Shown here one piece after another: positions 33,457 to 35,625 of a DNA stretch of 35,625 bases; position 1 is the stretch's first letter, and the number at the start of each line of letters is the position of its first letter. The notes beneath the pieces are model-generated. The model did no database searches. It was not told where the DNA came from and saw only the letters and a program-made list of their open reading frames with translations. The translations under genes were made by a program, and so were the position numbers. Origin of the DNA: Gammaproteobacteria bacterium (GTDB lineage: Bacteria; Pseudomonadota; Gammaproteobacteria; SZUA-229); assembly GCA_029881425.1 (NCBI GenBank), contig JAOUMO010000003.1, positions 1 to 35,625 of the forward strand, written 5' to 3'.

Positions 33457-33666
33457 ATGAGGCCAGATATACACCCAGAATACAATGAAGTAAACGTAAC
33501 CTGCAGCTGCGGCAACAACTACGTTACACGTTCGACTTATAGCAAAGACAGCATGTCTATCGAAGTTTGCTCTCTGTGTCACCCCTTCTACACGGGTAAA
33601 CAGAAGGTAATGGATACAGGCGGCCAGATCGATAAGTTCAACAAGCGTTTTGGTGGCAAGAAGTAG
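33457..33666 (+). CDS. rpmE: 50S ribosomal protein L31 (zinc-binding type A)
   Basis: [26 protein letters not shown]; GAGG RBS. Confidence 0.97.
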   Translation: MRPDIHPEYNEVNVTCSCGNNYVTRSTYSKDSMSIEVCSLCHPFYTGKQKVMDTGGQIDKFNKRFGGKK

Positions 33667-33680
33667 AAACCACCCGTTTG

Positions 33681-34454
33681 ATGCGTAATATCAAAAAGGC
33701 GCTATTCATTGGCGCCTTTTTTTATGCCGGAACGATTAGCGCCAGCAATACCATCAGCTGCCCTGCGACACACATCAATGAACGCGCGCATGTCAGCAAG
33801 GTACACGATGGCGATACACTACGCCTGGATGATGGCCGCAAAGTACGCCTGATTGGCATAGACACACCGGAGCTGGCACGCAGGAACCAGGCCGAGCAAC
33901 CGCTGGCGGCCGAGGCGCGCACCGTACTCAAACAACTCGTCCAGGATGCAGGCGGCAACATTAAACTGCAATTCGGCGCAGAGCGTGCCGATAGATACCA
34001 GCGCACCCTGGCACATATCTACCTGCCCGATGGACGTAATGTACAGGCGATACTGATTGCTCGCGGACTGGCCACCGCCTACACCACACCACCCAATAGC
34101 CGCCTTGGCGCCTGCTATCGGGCACTGGAAGATCAGGCCATCGCCAGTCGAACCGGCATCTGGGCGTTAAAGGACTACCAGCTCAAGTCTGTCCCTGAGC
34201 TCACCCGCGACGATGACGGCTTCCGTCGCATCCAGGGCACAGTAACCCGGCAGTACACGGGCAAAAAAGGCGAGTGGCTCATTATTGATGACAAATTACG
34301 CATACACATTGCCCAGAAAGACATCATCCACTTTAAGGATATCAGGCTACCGGAACTCATCGGCAGACCTGTCCAGCTGCACGGCTGGTTACATCCTCGC
34401 AAGACAGATTTTTTCATGGCCCTGCGCCATCCCAGCGCTTTAATTATGAAATAA
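33681..34454 (+). CDS. thermonuclease (SNase) family exported nuclease
   Basis: DGDT, VRLIGIDTPE, DRYQRTLAH, GLA, GIW; signal-peptide-like N-terminus; extra C-terminal domain. Confidence 0.9.
   Translation: MRNIKKALFIGAFFYAGTISASNTISCPATHINERAHVSKVHDGDTLRLDDGRKVRLIGIDTPELARRNQAEQPLAAEARTVLKQLVQDAGGNIKLQFGAERADRYQRTLAHIYLPDGRNVQAILIARGLATAYTTPPNSRLGACYRALEDQAIASRTGIWALKDYQLKSVPELTRDDDGFRRIQGTVTRQYTGKKGEWLIIDDKLRIHIAQKDIIHFKDIRLPELIGRPVQLHGWLHPRKTDFFMALRHPSALIMK
33693..33723 (+). terminator. intrinsic terminator downstream of rpmE (inside the nuclease 5' end)
   Basis: aaaaaggcgcta-ttcat-tggcgccttttttt; GC stem with a 7-T tract. Confidence 0.8.
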
Positions 34455-34515
34455 TCCGCGGCAAAGTGGTAATATACGCACCTTTCACGAACCCTGGCCG
34501 TAAGCAGCAACACCT

Positions 34516-35625
34516 ATGAACGAAAAAGACAAACTCGCCGCACTGGAATACCATCAGCACCCCAAACCTGGCAAAATCGCTACCGAGATTACCAAGTCCA
34601 CTAATACCCAACGTGACCTGTCTCTGGCCTATACACCGGGTGTTGCCGAGCCGGTTCTCGCCATAGCGGCCAATCCTGAAAATGCCTACAAATATACCGC
34701 CAAGGGTAATCTTGTCGGCGTCATTACCGATGGTAGCGCTGTACTCGGCCTTGGCAACATGGGTGCACTGGCGAGTAAACCGGTAATGGAAGGCAAGGCC
34801 GTTCTTTTCAAACGCTTTGCAGATATCGATGTCTTCGATATCGAAGTCAATGCAGACACACCACAGGACTTTATCGACACAGTGATGCGCATTGCGCCGA
34901 CCTTTGGTGGCATTAACCTGGAAGATATTACCGCGCCACGCTGCTTTGAAATTGAGCGCAAACTGGATGCCATGCTCGATATTCCTGTATTCCATGATGA
35001 TCAGCACGGCACGGCCATCATCATTGCCGCCGGCCTGAAAAATGCGATGGAGCTCCAGGGCAAAGATATAGAGACAGCACGTATCGTCTGCATGGGTGCC
35101 GGTGCTGCAGGTATCGCCTCAATGAAGCTACTCCTTGGCCTGGGCGCTAAGAAAAAGAATATGACCCTGCTGGATCGCAATGGTGTGATCCATATTGGCC
35201 GTAAGGACCTCAACCCCTACAAGGCCGAGTTCGCCAATTTCACCGACAAGCGTACCGCCATGGACGCGATGAAAGACGCCGATATTTTTATTGGCGTCTC
35301 TGGCCCCGACCTGATGACACCGGATATGCTCAGGGTGATGGCGCCTAAACCCATCGTATTTGCATTATCCAACCCTAACCCGGAAATCAAACCCGAACTG
35401 GCGCACGAGACTCGCGAAGACGTACTCATGGCAACAGGCCGCAGTGACTACCCCAACCAGGTCAATAATGTTCTGGGCTTCCCCTATATTTTCCGAGGTG
35501 CGCTGGATGCCGGTGCCACCAGCATCACCCAGGAAATGCATATTGCTGCGGTGAACGAAATCTGCGCGCTCACCCACGAGCCCGTTCCCCAGGAAGTACT
35601 CGATGCCTACGGCCTGGACCACCTC
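34516..35625 (+). CDS. maeB: NAD(P)-dependent malic enzyme (3' end truncated by window edge)
   Basis: Not in the ORF track; translated by hand from ATG 34516: [66 protein letters not shown]. Confidence 0.95.
   Translation, partial: MNEKDKLAALEYHQHPKPGKIATEITKSTNTQRDLSLAYTPGVAEPVLAIAANPENAYKYTAKGNLVGVITDGSAVLGLGNMGALASKPVMEGKAVLFKRFADIDVFDIEVNADTPQDFIDTVMRIAPTFGGINLEDITAPRCFEIERKLDAMLDIPVFHDDQHGTAIIIAAGLKNAMELQGKDIETARIVCMGAGAAGIASMKLLLGLGAKKKNMTLLDRNGVIHIGRKDLNPYKAEFANFTDKRTAMDAMKDADIFIGVSGPDLMTPDMLRVMAPKPIVFALSNPNPEIKPELAHETREDVLMATGRSDYPNQVNNVLGFPYIFRGALDAGATSITQEMHIAAVNEICALTHEPVPQEVLDAYGLDHL

Noticed and set aside
34444-35622. Several minus-strand and short ORFs at the window end
   Set aside because: All shadow maeB, which the track missed because it has no stop codon in the window.

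Overview
Gene-dense chromosomal window of a gammaproteobacterium. The Pseudomonas-like synteny (comF/bioBF, radC/coaBC-dut-algC-argB, pyrE/xth, rpmE-nuclease-maeB) is recognised from the sequence; no finer taxonomy is claimed. About 42 CDS, mostly housekeeping: hemB, aroE, gor, ubiA, bioB, bioF, hemN, radC, coaBC, dut, pmm/pgm, argB, trmH, pyrE, xth, ampG, ppk2, hemW, rpmE, maeB. I saw no rRNA, tRNA, CRISPR array, integrase or transposase. Most notable observations: (1) a membrane-anchored Rieske-fold protein that has lost all four [2Fe-2S] ligands and the Tat motif but kept exactly the two disulfide cysteines, lying head-to-head with hemW and upstream of ppk2; (2) an 881-aa chemoreceptor combining an Aer-type FAD-PAS, a periplasmic domain and an Aer2-type heme-PAS, downstream of a perfect FNR box; (3) two diverged copies of a ~115-bp palindromic element built from 10-bp units, both between convergent genes; (4) a coupled thioredoxin-CcdA / FetAB / MazG-like operon; (5) tandem DUF6316-like small proteins; (6) an rpmE terminator that also encodes the signal peptide of the next gene. 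All family calls rest on motif recognition by eye, not database searches.
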